DNA of 64,000 nucleotides from a virus (taxonomy: Duplodnaviria > Caudoviricetes), in the IMG/VR virus record IMGVR_UViG_3300047539_000052, positions 4,310 through 68,309 of that record; one strand, 5' to 3'. Positions within the stretch are counted from its first letter, which is position 1; each line of letters opens with the position of its first letter. The position numbers and the translations under genes are program-made. This document shows positions 22,535-32,310 of the stretch, piece after piece. A model generated the notes under the pieces. That model saw nothing but the letters and a program-made list of their open reading frames with translations, made no database searches and had not been told where the DNA came from.

Positions 22535-25161
22535 GGAGAGCGCTCCTTATAGTTCTCGGGCTCCTGGTAGTCTCGGGCTCGGCATGGGCGACGGAATATT
22601 ATATTTCGCCCACGGCCTCGGGCTCGAATAACGGTACCTCCTGCGCAAACGCATGGGCCTACACCAACAGCTTAGTTGGCAGCTCCCAGGCCGCCAACGT
22701 TACCATTCACTTTTGCTCGGGCACTTACACGGCCAGCGCCGACGGCACGATCGTCACTTTCACGGCCAGCGGAACCAGCGGCAATCCCGTGACCATGATC
22801 GCGGACCAGGGAGCGGTCATCTTTCAGGCACCCTACTTCAATGGTTCCAGCGGGGCGATTTCGAATAGCGGCTCGACCTCTTACGACGTGCTGAATGGCG
22901 ACGGCAACCTGACCATTCAGAATACAGCCAATGGAAGCTCGCTAGCCAATCAGCAGCAGAGCGTTGGCATGGGGTTTACCAATTGCACCCACTGCACCAT
23001 CGAAAATACCACGGTTAAAAACATATACGTCAACGCTGGCAGCTCCTCGAGCGCCACAAATACCAGTGGGGGAAATACCGCCTGCATCGTCATCAACGGA
23101 TCGTCGACCAGTTCCGTGATCAGCGGCAACACGGTCTCGCAATGCAAAACCGGGATCCAGCTGGGAACCGATTCCGGGGGTGATGCTTCGAATGCGCAGA
23201 TCACGGGGAACACAATTTCCGATATGGATTGGGGGATCAATGTCGGCGGCGGCGACTCCGGCGATACCATCAACAATCTTGAAATCGACCATAACAGCAT
23301 TACCAACTGGACCAACTGGCAGTATCCGACCGGCGCCTATCACCAGGACGGAATCATACTTTTCAATGTGGGCAATCCGAGTGCCGGCCTGAGCGCGATC
23401 ATCCACGACAATCACATTTTTGGAAATCTCGGCACAGGTTCGCCCACCGGCTTTATTTACTGCGCCGATTTCACGACCTGCACCATTTACAACAATCTGC
23501 TGGATAACACCGGGAACATCATTTACGGGATTATGTGGCTTGGCCAAAGCTCCGACCTTGGCAAGAACATGAGCGTGTACAACAACACGATCATCGGCGC
23601 CACTGCCTCCGACGTTTGCATCATGCTGAACATCACCGGGACCGCCTCAATAGAAAACAACGTCTGCACCGGACCCGCCGGCATGTTCATTTACAGTACC
23701 TATCTCAGCACGCTTGCTGATTTTCTGGGAGTGATCTCGGTATCGAATCACAACGTCTGGAACGTTGGCGCGGGCAATGCCTGGGGATCACAGGCCAGCG
23801 GCAATACCGCAAGTTATGCGACCTGGCAGGGCGATGGGAAAGATGCGAACAGCTCGCAGGCCACGCCGAACCTGAATAGCGGTTTCATCCCACAGCCGAC
23901 TTCTTCCGCCATTGGAGAAGGCGCGAATCTCTACAGCACGCTTTCGGGCGATGTGCTGAATACGGATTATGCGGGCAACTCCCGCGGCGGGTCTTCCTGC
24001 ACGCCGGTAGCGGGCACTGCGGGATGCTGGGATGCGGGTGCGCTCATGTATATGGGCGGCGGAGGCGGCGGAGGCGGACTCGCCACGCCAACCTGTAGTC
24101 CAGGCACGGAGACCACGAACAATACCATAAGCGTATCTTGCACGGTTGTCTCGGGAGCAACTGGTTGCTATACCCTGAGCGGCACAGCTCCGACGGCTCC
24201 GACGCCTGGAACCTGCGGCGGCGGATCGACTACTTATTCAGCGGCAATCAGCGTCACCTCAAACTCCGCCCACAATCTTCAGATTCTCGCGACCGAATCC
24301 GCGCAGACCAATAGCAGCGTGCAGAGCTATACCTACACCTTCACTGTGGGTCCGATCAGTTGCGTTCCTGCCACGGAGACATTTACCACGTCGGTCACGA
24401 CAAGCTGCAATAACCCAACCGTTGGGGCGCTCGAGTATTACACAACGGATGGATCTACGCCCATCTGCGCCTCCTCACCTGCTCTGACTGGCCTTGTGAC
24501 TTTCACGACGACGACAACCATGAAGGTCATCGCCTGCCAAACCGGCTATAACAGTTCCACCGTTACCAATGTCTATACCCTTAGCGGCGGTGGCGGCGGC
24601 ACTTTGGCAACGCCAACCTGCTCGCCAGGTACGGAGACGGCGAACAACAGCGTAAGCGCAGCCTGCGTGTTTACCTCGGGAGAAACAGGCTGCTATCGAC
24701 TGGACGGAACGGCACCGACTGCGCCGACTCCAGGAACTTGTGGCAGCGGATCGACTGCTTATTCGGCGCCAATCAGCATCACTTCGAATGCAGCGAACAA
24801 TCTCCAGATCCTGGCAACTGAATCCGGGTTCACCAACAGCGCGGTGCAAAGCTATTCCTACACTTTCACGGTGGCCACTCCGGTTCCTTCACCACCAGCG
24901 GGAACTTACACCAGCACCCGCAGTGTGACCTTAAGCACGGGCACAACCGGCGCGGCCATTCATTATGCCATCGGCTCAACGCCAAACTGCTCCTCCACTC
25001 TCTATTCAACGGCAATTTCGGTTTCTTCTTCCGAGACTGTGGAATCGATTGGCTGCCTCTCCGGCTATAACAATAGCGCCGTAGATAGTGCTGCCTATGT
25101 GATCGGTGGTGGTGGATCACCCTCGCCTGCCGGATTAAGCCTCGTCGTGGGAGGGCCATAA
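22531..25161 (+). CDS. parallel beta-helix (pectate-lyase-like) protein with chitobiase/Fn3-like C-terminal repeats and signal peptide
   Basis: GTG start overlapping upstream TGA; RRALLIVLGLLVVSGSAWA-T; I.I.NN-type repeats, YHQDGIIL; repeated ATPTCSPG/ATPVPSPPAGTY modules. Confidence 0.75.
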   Translation: MRRALLIVLGLLVVSGSAWATEYYISPTASGSNNGTSCANAWAYTNSLVGSSQAANVTIHFCSGTYTASADGTIVTFTASGTSGNPVTMIADQGAVIFQAPYFNGSSGAISNSGSTSYDVLNGDGNLTIQNTANGSSLANQQQSVGMGFTNCTHCTIENTTVKNIYVNAGSSSSATNTSGGNTACIVINGSSTSSVISGNTVSQCKTGIQLGTDSGGDASNAQITGNTISDMDWGINVGGGDSGDTINNLEIDHNSITNWTNWQYPTGAYHQDGIILFNVGNPSAGLSAIIHDNHIFGNLGTGSPTGFIYCADFTTCTIYNNLLDNTGNIIYGIMWLGQSSDLGKNMSVYNNTIIGATASDVCIMLNITGTASIENNVCTGPAGMFIYSTYLSTLADFLGVISVSNHNVWNVGAGNAWGSQASGNTASYATWQGDGKDANSSQATPNLNSGFIPQPTSSAIGEGANLYSTLSGDVLNTDYAGNSRGGSSCTPVAGTAGCWDAGALMYMGGGGGGGGLATPTCSPGTETTNNTISVSCTVVSGATGCYTLSGTAPTAPTPGTCGGGSTTYSAAISVTSNSAHNLQILATESAQTNSSVQSYTYTFTVGPISCVPATETFTTSVTTSCNNPTVGALEYYTTDGSTPICASSPALTGLVTFTTTTTMKVIACQTGYNSSTVTNVYTLSGGGGGTLATPTCSPGTETANNSVSAACVFTSGETGCYRLDGTAPTAPTPGTCGSGSTAYSAPISITSNAANNLQILATESGFTNSAVQSYSYTFTVATPVPSPPAGTYTSTRSVTLSTGTTGAAIHYAIGSTPNCSSTLYSTAISVSSSETVESIGCLSGYNNSAVDSAAYVIGGGGSPSPAGLSLVVGGP

Positions 25162-25165
25162 CTTT

Positions 25166-25978
25166 ATGTCAACTCCTCCAGTGGTTAACTATGGAGTCGG
25201 CGGATACGGAGTCGTCAGCACTAGCGGTGGTGGTGGCGGCGGGGGCGGCGGCGGGGGCTCGCCTTATATTCCCGTGGGCGGGCAGAACCTGGCCATTCCG
25301 GGGCTAATCTACCCCTCGGAAGCCGACCTGAAACAATTCGATGGCGTTGCCGAATTTATTTCGCCCTTCACCGGACAGGAAGAAGAGCAGAGTTTTCTTG
25401 ATCAGCACTGGGAGCTTGATCTTACCTGGCCGGAAATGACCTGGGAGCAGTTCGCTCCTCTGCAGGCTTGGACGGGCGCCCTGCATGGCAAGTCGGGAAC
25501 CTTTGTATGGGGCCCGCCGCTCGCTACCAGTCCGCGGGGCCTCGGAACCGCCGCGGGCGCACCAACCTGCGTCGGCACAGACCTGGTGGGCAGCAATGTC
25601 CTAACCCTGCAGGGCTGGACTCCGAGTACCACCGGAGTTCTCCTGCCGGGAGATTTCCTGTCGCTCTACAACGCGGAAACCGGCTATCGTCTCTATCAAT
25701 ACGTTGGAATACTTCCGTTATCCTCAAATGGCGGCGGCAACGCTTCGGCAGCGATCTTTCCCTCTCTTCGGGACGTACCGGCGGCGGGGCAGGCCGTAAT
25801 CCTGACCAATCCGCTCGGCACATTCCGCCTGGCGGAGAATCGCCGCTCTGCGCCGGCAAAAAAGACGAAGACGTTTACTTTGAGTCTGAAATGTCGGGAG
25901 GGCCGCCGAACGCGCCTACTCTGCTTTTGTCGAAGCGGTTCGCGAATTCTCTCCTCCAGTTGTGCAGACGTGGAATGA
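25166..25978 (+). CDS. distal tail / minor tail protein
   Basis: SPFTGQEEEQ...WELDLTWPEM...ALHGKSGTFVWG; LLPGDFLS; AIFPSLR; natural end probably near 25900. Confidence 0.65.
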   Translation: MSTPPVVNYGVGGYGVVSTSGGGGGGGGGGGSPYIPVGGQNLAIPGLIYPSEADLKQFDGVAEFISPFTGQEEEQSFLDQHWELDLTWPEMTWEQFAPLQAWTGALHGKSGTFVWGPPLATSPRGLGTAAGAPTCVGTDLVGSNVLTLQGWTPSTTGVLLPGDFLSLYNAETGYRLYQYVGILPLSSNGGGNASAAIFPSLRDVPAAGQAVILTNPLGTFRLAENRRSAPAKKTKTFTLSLKCREGRRTRLLCFCRSGSRILSSSCADVE

Positions 25979-26269
25979 ACTTCATCCACGAGTCAAAGCA
26001 GGATGGATTGCGGCGGCTGAAGCAGCACGAAGGTAAATTGTGTCCATCCCTCAAGTCCATATTACCCGGGCGGCTTATCGAATGATTGAAGGCACAACGC
26101 CCGCGCCTGAAACGCAAACCGTTATTGTCGCCGGCCCAAACGGAGCCGTTGTCTTTGAGTACGTTTTTGTGGATGAGATCCCTTCGCCGCCGGTGCAAAG
26201 CCAGATCGAACAACTGGAAAAACTCTACAAGCTCGATTCCTAGTCTCCCATACTCTCCCACATTCTCCC

Positions 26270-27281
26270 ATGCCCCGAAATCTCTCTCCTTCTGTACTGG
26301 CCGCACTGGCTTCGCCGCAGAAGTCGATGGCCCTATTTCTTGAAATCGTCTTCGAGAATGAAACGGTCTATTTGTGGAGTGGGTTGGGAACTTTCACAAA
26401 TGCAGGGCCAGCCTGGGATCCAGCCGCAACCTTTCCCTATGGCACAACTTTCACCGGATTGGGCTGGATGGGACGCATCGAGAGTGTGCCGCAGAATTCT
26501 GAACTTACCGCGGAAAACATGACGCTGATGTTGAGCGGAATTCCCGGGGAACTGCTGGGCGACGTCATCAATAACGTTCGGCTGGGCGGCTCGGCACAAC
26601 TCTGGCTCGGCTTCTTTTCCGGCGGCTCAGTGCTGGCGGATCCACTGCAACTCTGGCTCGGCGAATTGGATGTGCCAACAGTCAGCGATGGTGGGGATAC
26701 CTGCACCATCTCGATCACGGTAGAAAATTCTCTGCTGGCCTTAAACCTCGCATCCAATCGCCGCTTCACCACCCTCGATCAGCAACTCGATTTCCCTGGC
26801 GACTCGGGATTCGATTACGTCTGCGCCATGCAGGATCTGTATTTGAATTATCCCTGCGGGATCCTCGCCGGAACAAGCATCCTTCCGGGCAACCTGAACG
26901 CAGCTCCTTCGGTAGCCAACGCGCTCACTATTACGATCTATGCGGGTGGGGCGATCGGGCCGGTTGGTACTCAGGTCATCGCGATCGGACAGGTGATTTC
27001 GGTTGTGGGCACGGCCTATTTTGTCAGCGGCCCCTTCGCCTCTACCAATCCCGATGCCTCGACGCGAGTCGTGACATCGGTTGGGCTCTGGAGTTCGAGC
27101 GATACCAGCGTGGCCACGGTGACGAATGGAAGCGGGGCAATCTTGAGCGATGGCGGATGGCAATTTTGGTACGGGCGGCGGCGTCGTCACCGGCATCGGC
27201 CCGGGTAACTGCACGATTACTTTTTTTTTGGGCACGGTCTCCTGCTCGCTTACCGTCTCGGTTCCCGGGGTAGCGGAATGA
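26270..27281 (+). CDS. minor tail (hub) protein with C-terminal Ig-like domain; frameshift near 27161
   Basis: ALFLEIVF....YLWSG...FTGLGWMGRI; RRFTTLDQQLDFPGDSGFDYV; WSSSDTSVATV Ig-like motif continues in the shifted frame to TGA 27281. Confidence 0.7.
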
Positions 27282-27736
27282 CGGGCAACGGAATGACCAA
27301 GGCGCCGGAGCTGAAACGCCGTCGACACTGGGAGCGCCATCTGGCCGCGCAATTCAAGGCGGCGGCGAAACGCAGCTTCTCCTGGGGAACTTTTGACTGC
27401 GCGCTATTCGCGTGCGATTCGATCGCCATTCAGACCGGAATTGATCCGGGCGCGAGCTATCGAAATCGGTACAAGACGCGAGCCGAAGCCGAAGCCATTC
27501 TCGGAGCGGGGAAAGACGCGCTGGCGCAAACTGCCGAGAAAATTACCAAGCAGTTCGGCATGAAAGAAGTCGGCGTACACCACGCGCGGCGGGGAGATCT
27601 GGTCTTCCTCAATAACGGCACGCCCCAAGGTGCGCTCGCAATCATCGATTTCACCGGAACCTTCGCCCTGTGTCCGGGAAGTAAGGGCCTCATGCAAGTG
27701 AAGCGGCATCGCTGGCGCCGCGCCTGGAGAGTCTGA
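27278..27736 (+). CDS. NlpC/P60-like tail-associated protein
   Basis: FSWGTFDCALFA...TGIDP...Y.T..EA...ARRGDLV. Confidence 0.7.
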   Translation: MTGNGMTKAPELKRRRHWERHLAAQFKAAAKRSFSWGTFDCALFACDSIAIQTGIDPGASYRNRYKTRAEAEAILGAGKDALAQTAEKITKQFGMKEVGVHHARRGDLVFLNNGTPQGALAIIDFTGTFALCPGSKGLMQVKRHRWRRAWRV

Positions 27737-27737
27737 C

Positions 27738-29549
27738 GTGTCGAGAACTGCTACAGAAATCGGGATGATCGCGGGCGGCGTCGCCCTCGCGGCGGCTGCC
27801 TTTTATCTTGGTCCGGGCGCGCTCGCCATCTTTTCAAATACCGCCATCCTGAATACCCTGATGGGCATTGGGATCTCCGACGGCCCTGAGTGGCACGGCG
27901 GGACTCCTGAATACCCCGGCCGACCCTTCGAATATCGGCCCCCAAGGCCAGCTTCCGGTTGAGACTCCGAATCCTCTGTGGAGGATTGTCTATGGGATCT
28001 TCCAGTTCGCCGGCACCGTGACCTTTGTGGATGGACCTTTCCTGGGCTGGGCTGGGACGGGAAGCGGAACCCGAGTGCAACAACCAATACATCCAGCGGG
28101 TCCACACCCTTACCGCCCATCAGATTGCCGGATTTATCGCAGTGGTCATCGACGGGCAAACCTACAATTTTGGCACCGATCTGTGCATGCTGACGACGGA
28201 GAATAATGGCGGCGCAGAAGACGTCAATGCAATCGGTCCAGTCGGGGCATGTGGGGATTCATCAATAACTCGAATCCCTGGCTGGGCGCGATTTGTTTCG
28301 CCTTCGACTGTGGGCGATCCCGGCAATAGCACGCAGCCCTTTTCCTACTCTGGTAACCGGGGCGCAGATTACCGGGCGAAGAATGGACCGCAACCATCAT
28401 CGGCTCGACTCGCTGGCCTGCCGGCGCCCTGCAGCGCGGCCGAGCCAAGGTGCATGTCCTGCTTATCAAATTCGTCCGTCGAATAATAATCTGCTCCCCG
28501 GTCCCTACGGTGGCGCTCCTCAGCCTTACGTACTTTCGACCGGCCGTATTCCCGACCATTGAATTCAAGATCATGGGAAGGATCATCAAGGATTATCGCG
28601 TGGTCACGGCATGGCAGGCGGACACTACTTACCCCGCCTACGGTTACGTCTTGGCCACGGGCGGCGGTAGTGGAAGCGGCAGCGCTGGCATCCCGATCGT
28701 CAGCTCTGGCCTCGTCGGCTCTACGATTTCTGCGATCAGCGAGGCCGGCAACGTGGTCTCGGTCACCGCCTCGGGGAATGTCTTCACGACGCTGGGTTCC
28801 GGCAGCGGCGACGTTTTTGTAACCATTTGTCCTTATACCAGCCTGCCGGGCGGTGGAACGAGCGGCGCGACCATTCCTAATTTTGCGGGCGTCAACGGTG
28901 CGGCATTCCCCGGGAGGCACAGGCCATCACCGATGGAAGCGTGACCTGGTCACTGAATGTGGGAGGCGCCATCGACCATCTATTCTACCATTGGCGGTGG
29001 AACGAGCGGGCAGCGGGCAGACCGGGCTGAATGCTCAAACCTCCATCAAACTGGGCGGCCCCGGTGCAAATATCGCCGCCCTCAATGGCGGAACTGGCAC
29101 TTACTTGGTCGCGGATGCCTGGCAGGGATCTACTGCGTATGCAGCGAATGCCGTAATCGAAGCGCCGATCGGCGTATTGCAAATGGCGCAGTCGGCTTTT
29201 ACTTCGGGAGTGACTCGGCCGCCCTTCGCAGCCGAATGGCGTCCCGGCTCTCGATTCCTGAACGTTAATTTAGTCGGACAGGTAGTAGCAGAGACGAACC
29301 GGCGGCGGAAGCTGGGTCTGCCTGGGACGATCGATGTATGCCACTTGCATGCCAGATGATGACAACACAACGAATCAAGGCGGCTTCTCGAATCCCGCGT
29401 TAGTCGTAGCCGATTACCTCCAGACACCGAAGAATCAATTTGGCTTAGGCACAACCCTTACCGGAGATTCGATTGATACGATTATCGCGGCCGCCAACAT
29501 CTGCGACGAGCCCGTGGTTATCGAGGTCTTCCCGCCGCCCGCTGGTTAA
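27738..29549 (+). pseudogene. tail-tip/host-specificity protein, N-terminal half, multiply frameshifted
   Basis: Pieces WRIVYG, HQIAGF, TIEFKIMGRIIKD and FSNPALVVADYL...AAANICDE lie in successive frames; at least 5 indels. Confidence 0.6.
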
Positions 29550-29563
29550 TCCGGAGAATTCAA

Positions 29564-30010
29564 ATGGATCTTTCTACGCTTTCAGACCGCAAAGCGCTGG
29601 CGGCGAAGTATGCCGCAAAACATAATCTCGATACCGTTCTGGTCTGCGCCGTCTGCGAACAGGAAAGTTCCTGGGACACTTTCGCCATTCGCTTTGAACC
29701 AGCATTCGAAACTCGCTATATTCATCCCGCCCTGCCGGCGGCGCCATCCACGCTGGAGCTTACGAAAGCCATATCATTTGGACTCATGCAATTGATGGGC
29801 GAGACGGCAATCGAATTCGGATGGCACGGCACATTTCTGACAGAGCTCTGCGATCCCGATATCGGTGTGGATTTCGGCTGCGCCAAACTGCGGCATTGTC
29901 TGGACATTCGCGCGGCCGGAGGCGAAACCCAAGCTCTATTGGCCTATAACGGTGGATCGAATCCGCTCTACCCGTCTCAGGTTCTGGCGCGAAAACCGCA
30001 CTACGAATAG
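29564..30010 (+). CDS. lytic transglycosylase (SLT-family) endolysin
   Basis: AVCEQESS (catalytic Glu), SFGLMQL, DPDIGVDFG, ALLAYNGG; RBS GGAG. Confidence 0.85.
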   Translation: MDLSTLSDRKALAAKYAAKHNLDTVLVCAVCEQESSWDTFAIRFEPAFETRYIHPALPAAPSTLELTKAISFGLMQLMGETAIEFGWHGTFLTELCDPDIGVDFGCAKLRHCLDIRAAGGETQALLAYNGGSNPLYPSQVLARKPHYE

Positions 30011-30071
30011 ACCCTCTTAACCCTGTCTCCAAGTTCCTGTGGTGGGAACTATTTTTCAGGGGGAAACAAAA

Positions 30072-30293
30072 TTGAATAAACTACAAGCCTACTGGAACTC
30101 TCTGCCCCATGAAGTGCAAGCAGCGATCATGTTGTTTGGGGGCGCGGCGGTGGCAATCCTGAAACACAATTTCGCGGATGCGCATGGCTGCCTAACCTCA
30201 ATCTGCTTAAAGGGCTATCTCTGGGCAGCGCTGCACGGCGGACTGGCAGCAGTCGTGGCCCTCTACATTCCGTCCAGTTTAGGAAAGCACTGA
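30072..30293 (+). CDS. putative holin
   Basis: Two hydrophobic segments, follows endolysin; TTG start. Confidence 0.5.
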   Translation: MNKLQAYWNSLPHEVQAAIMLFGGAAVAILKHNFADAHGCLTSICLKGYLWAALHGGLAAVVALYIPSSLGKH

Positions 30294-30664
30294 TGAATCC
30301 GTTTGACGCCTTAGCAACCTTCATCCTCGGCAGACTGAAAGAGTCTGCCGAGATGCAGATCGCCAGATTTCTCTTTGGACTGCTCTTTTCCGCCGTGGTG
30401 TCGTTCCTGTATGGCTTCAGTGCGGCGGTCGCGCTTTGCGGGGTTGCAATTCTGGCCGGAGCGCCAACGGATCTCACTCCGGCATGGACATTCGTTCTTG
30501 CGCTGGGAAGCGGAGCGGGCTGGGCCGCCATCTCAGCTACGAAGGCGTTCCGGGCGGCTCCGGACAAACTGATGAAAGGCGTCCAGGTCGTGCTTCCGGA
30601 GGCAGAGGCGGCAGAGGAATTCGCCCAAAAGTTTCAGACGCAGACTCTCACCAAGCCGAAGTAG
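30293..30664 (+). CDS. membrane protein (lysis cassette)
   Basis: Two long hydrophobic helices. Confidence 0.5.
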   Translation: MNPFDALATFILGRLKESAEMQIARFLFGLLFSAVVSFLYGFSAAVALCGVAILAGAPTDLTPAWTFVLALGSGAGWAAISATKAFRAAPDKLMKGVQVVLPEAEAAEEFAQKFQTQTLTKPK

Positions 30665-30699
30665 GGGGGGGTCAGGGGGAAACAGGGGGAAACAGGGGG
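30664..30699 (+). repeat. G-tract tandem repeat with G-quadruplex potential
   Basis: G8-TCA-G5-AAACA-G5-AAACA-G5 between convergent stop codons. Confidence 0.7.
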
Positions 30700-30709
30700 A
30701 ATATGGCGA

Positions 30710-31045
30710 TTAGGCAGATCGCGCCCTGATTTCCGGAGAGCGAATCATCGGCAATTCCTCAACTGCCGAGTGAACATTAACCACTGCGGCCCGGATGTCG
30801 ATCGTCTTCGCTTCGACCCGGATGCCGTCGATGGCGTCCAGCCCCACAAGTTGAACTTTCGCGAGATCTGACAGGTGAATGGCCAGGGTTTTCACTTCCC
30901 TAATGGTCTCGTGGAGAGAGGCGAGCGCCTTGTCGTAGTCCGCTTGAGCGCCTTGTTCGTCAGTTTCCGACTGGCCAAGCTGCAAGTAGCCGAGAACTGC
31001 CTGGAGATGGTTGGTAATGCGGAACACACTTTCTCTTTCCTTCAT
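30710..31045 (-). CDS. antisense hypothetical protein
   Basis: RBS AGGAG and TATACT -10-like element upstream. Confidence 0.55.
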   Translation of the reverse strand: MKERESVFRITNHLQAVLGYLQLGQSETDEQGAQADYDKALASLHETIREVKTLAIHLSDLAKVQLVGLDAIDGIRVEAKTIDIRAAVVNVHSAVEELPMIRSPEIRARSA

Positions 31046-31128
31046 AAAAACTCCTAAGAAGCCAGTATAAAAATCGGCCGAAAGAAAGAGTGTGCGCTAT
31101 CGCTCACATTCTAAAAGAGGTTATTAGC

Positions 31129-31479
31129 ATGCTACGCTTCCTGCCCGCATTAGCAATCTCGGCAATCATTATCGCCATCTGCATCCTGGCCCCAGCCATC
31201 ACAATCCCGGTCGAAATCTCGTGGCATTCGACCTGTACAGAGTGCAGGTTTGAACTCTTTAGGGGATCTCATGGCGCGGAGGCCTGCGTCGGCGTGAAGC
31301 ATCCTGTCCCGTATGTCGTTGGAATTACAGGTACAAGCTACGTCGACAATACCGGAATCGAGGGAGACGGGCCCTATTCCTACAACGTGCGGGCGGTCGA
31401 TCCAGATGGGCGAGTGAGCGGCTGCGCGCCGGAAGATGTCATGTGCGAATTGGGCGCGAAACACTGCGCAATCAAATAA
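31129..31479 (+). CDS. Fn3-like domain protein with signal peptide
   Basis: Hydrophobic N-terminus; ISW...FELFRG...YVD...YSYNVRAVD Fn3 pattern. Confidence 0.6.
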   Translation: MLRFLPALAISAIIIAICILAPAITIPVEISWHSTCTECRFELFRGSHGAEACVGVKHPVPYVVGITGTSYVDNTGIEGDGPYSYNVRAVDPDGRVSGCAPEDVMCELGAKHCAIK

Positions 31480-31517
31480 ATAACTTTCCAAAACTCAAAA
31501 ACGGAGAAATCTTTCAA

Positions 31518-31835
31518 ATGGCAATCGCAAAGCTCGAAACAGAACTTCTGAATATCGCCAAAGATGTTAAGGCAGGCCTCGAAGCGGCCGGCGAAGACGC
31601 TATCAAACTGGCTTCCTTCCTTGAGGCCAATTCCTCAAAAATTACCGCCCTGGCAAGTCTGGCAGGCCCGCAGGCAGCGGCCGTTACGACCACCGGAATC
31701 AGCCTGGTCAATCTGGCCATCACCGCCGTTAAAGATGCGGGAGCTTCGGCGGCAGCGAACGGGGTCAATGTGAAACTAGACTCTGCGGCTGTGGCGGACG
31801 TGAAGGCCGTTATTGCAGCCATCGAGAAAATCTAG
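31518..31835 (+). CDS. Ala-rich hypothetical protein
   Basis: RBS GGAG, ATG 31518. Confidence 0.55.
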   Translation: MAIAKLETELLNIAKDVKAGLEAAGEDAIKLASFLEANSSKITALASLAGPQAAAVTTTGISLVNLAITAVKDAGASAAANGVNVKLDSAAVADVKAVIAAIEKI

Positions 31836-32103
31836 CGGCGTATCATTTCAGGCATGGATCGGAGAAGCCGTGAGCAGCCAATGGGTTCATTCGATCTGTA
31901 TGGCCTGTTGCGATGAGAAACTAGCGAACCGAATTCATCTTGTCTATCATCCAGTGAAGCGGCAAGATGATGGAGAACCCGTGCCGGAGGCGTGCTGCTT
32001 CTGCGGAACTATGCACGTCTCCGGCCTCTATATAAGAAATGATCCGAGAGTCTTACGATGCAATGGGAAGCATGAACGATGAGCACTGGAGGCGACAGTC
32101 AGA

Positions 32104-32310
32104 ATGCGTGCCGACCTGAACTATAACCGAGAGAACGGAAATATTGAAGTGCGCCTATATGCCGAGGGAAGTGCTGAAGAAGTGCTCTTTTGGGCGCTGC
32201 AAGATCGCAACGTCCAGCCTGTGCGAGTTGAATACAATCACTTCCGCGGCATAAAGTTTACTCTCGAACTCCCCAAGCGCCCGAAGAAACCGACCGCTAA
32301 AACTGCATGA
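32104..32310 (+). CDS. hypothetical protein
   Basis: RBS GGAGG; ATGA overlap with next gene. Confidence 0.45.
   Translation: MRADLNYNRENGNIEVRLYAEGSAEEVLFWALQDRNVQPVRVEYNHFRGIKFTLELPKRPKKPTAKTA

Noticed and set aside
25890-26040. Orphan protein-like frame (AAERAYSAFVEAV..WNELHP..GWIAAAEAARR) after the distal tail gene
   Set aside because: No start codon in frame; cannot distinguish an indel, a deletion junction or chance.
20205-29549. Diversity-generating retroelement targeting tail genes
   Set aside because: No reverse transcriptase ORF and no repeat pair with adenine-specific mismatches; the duplicated fragments differ at synonymous sites of all bases.
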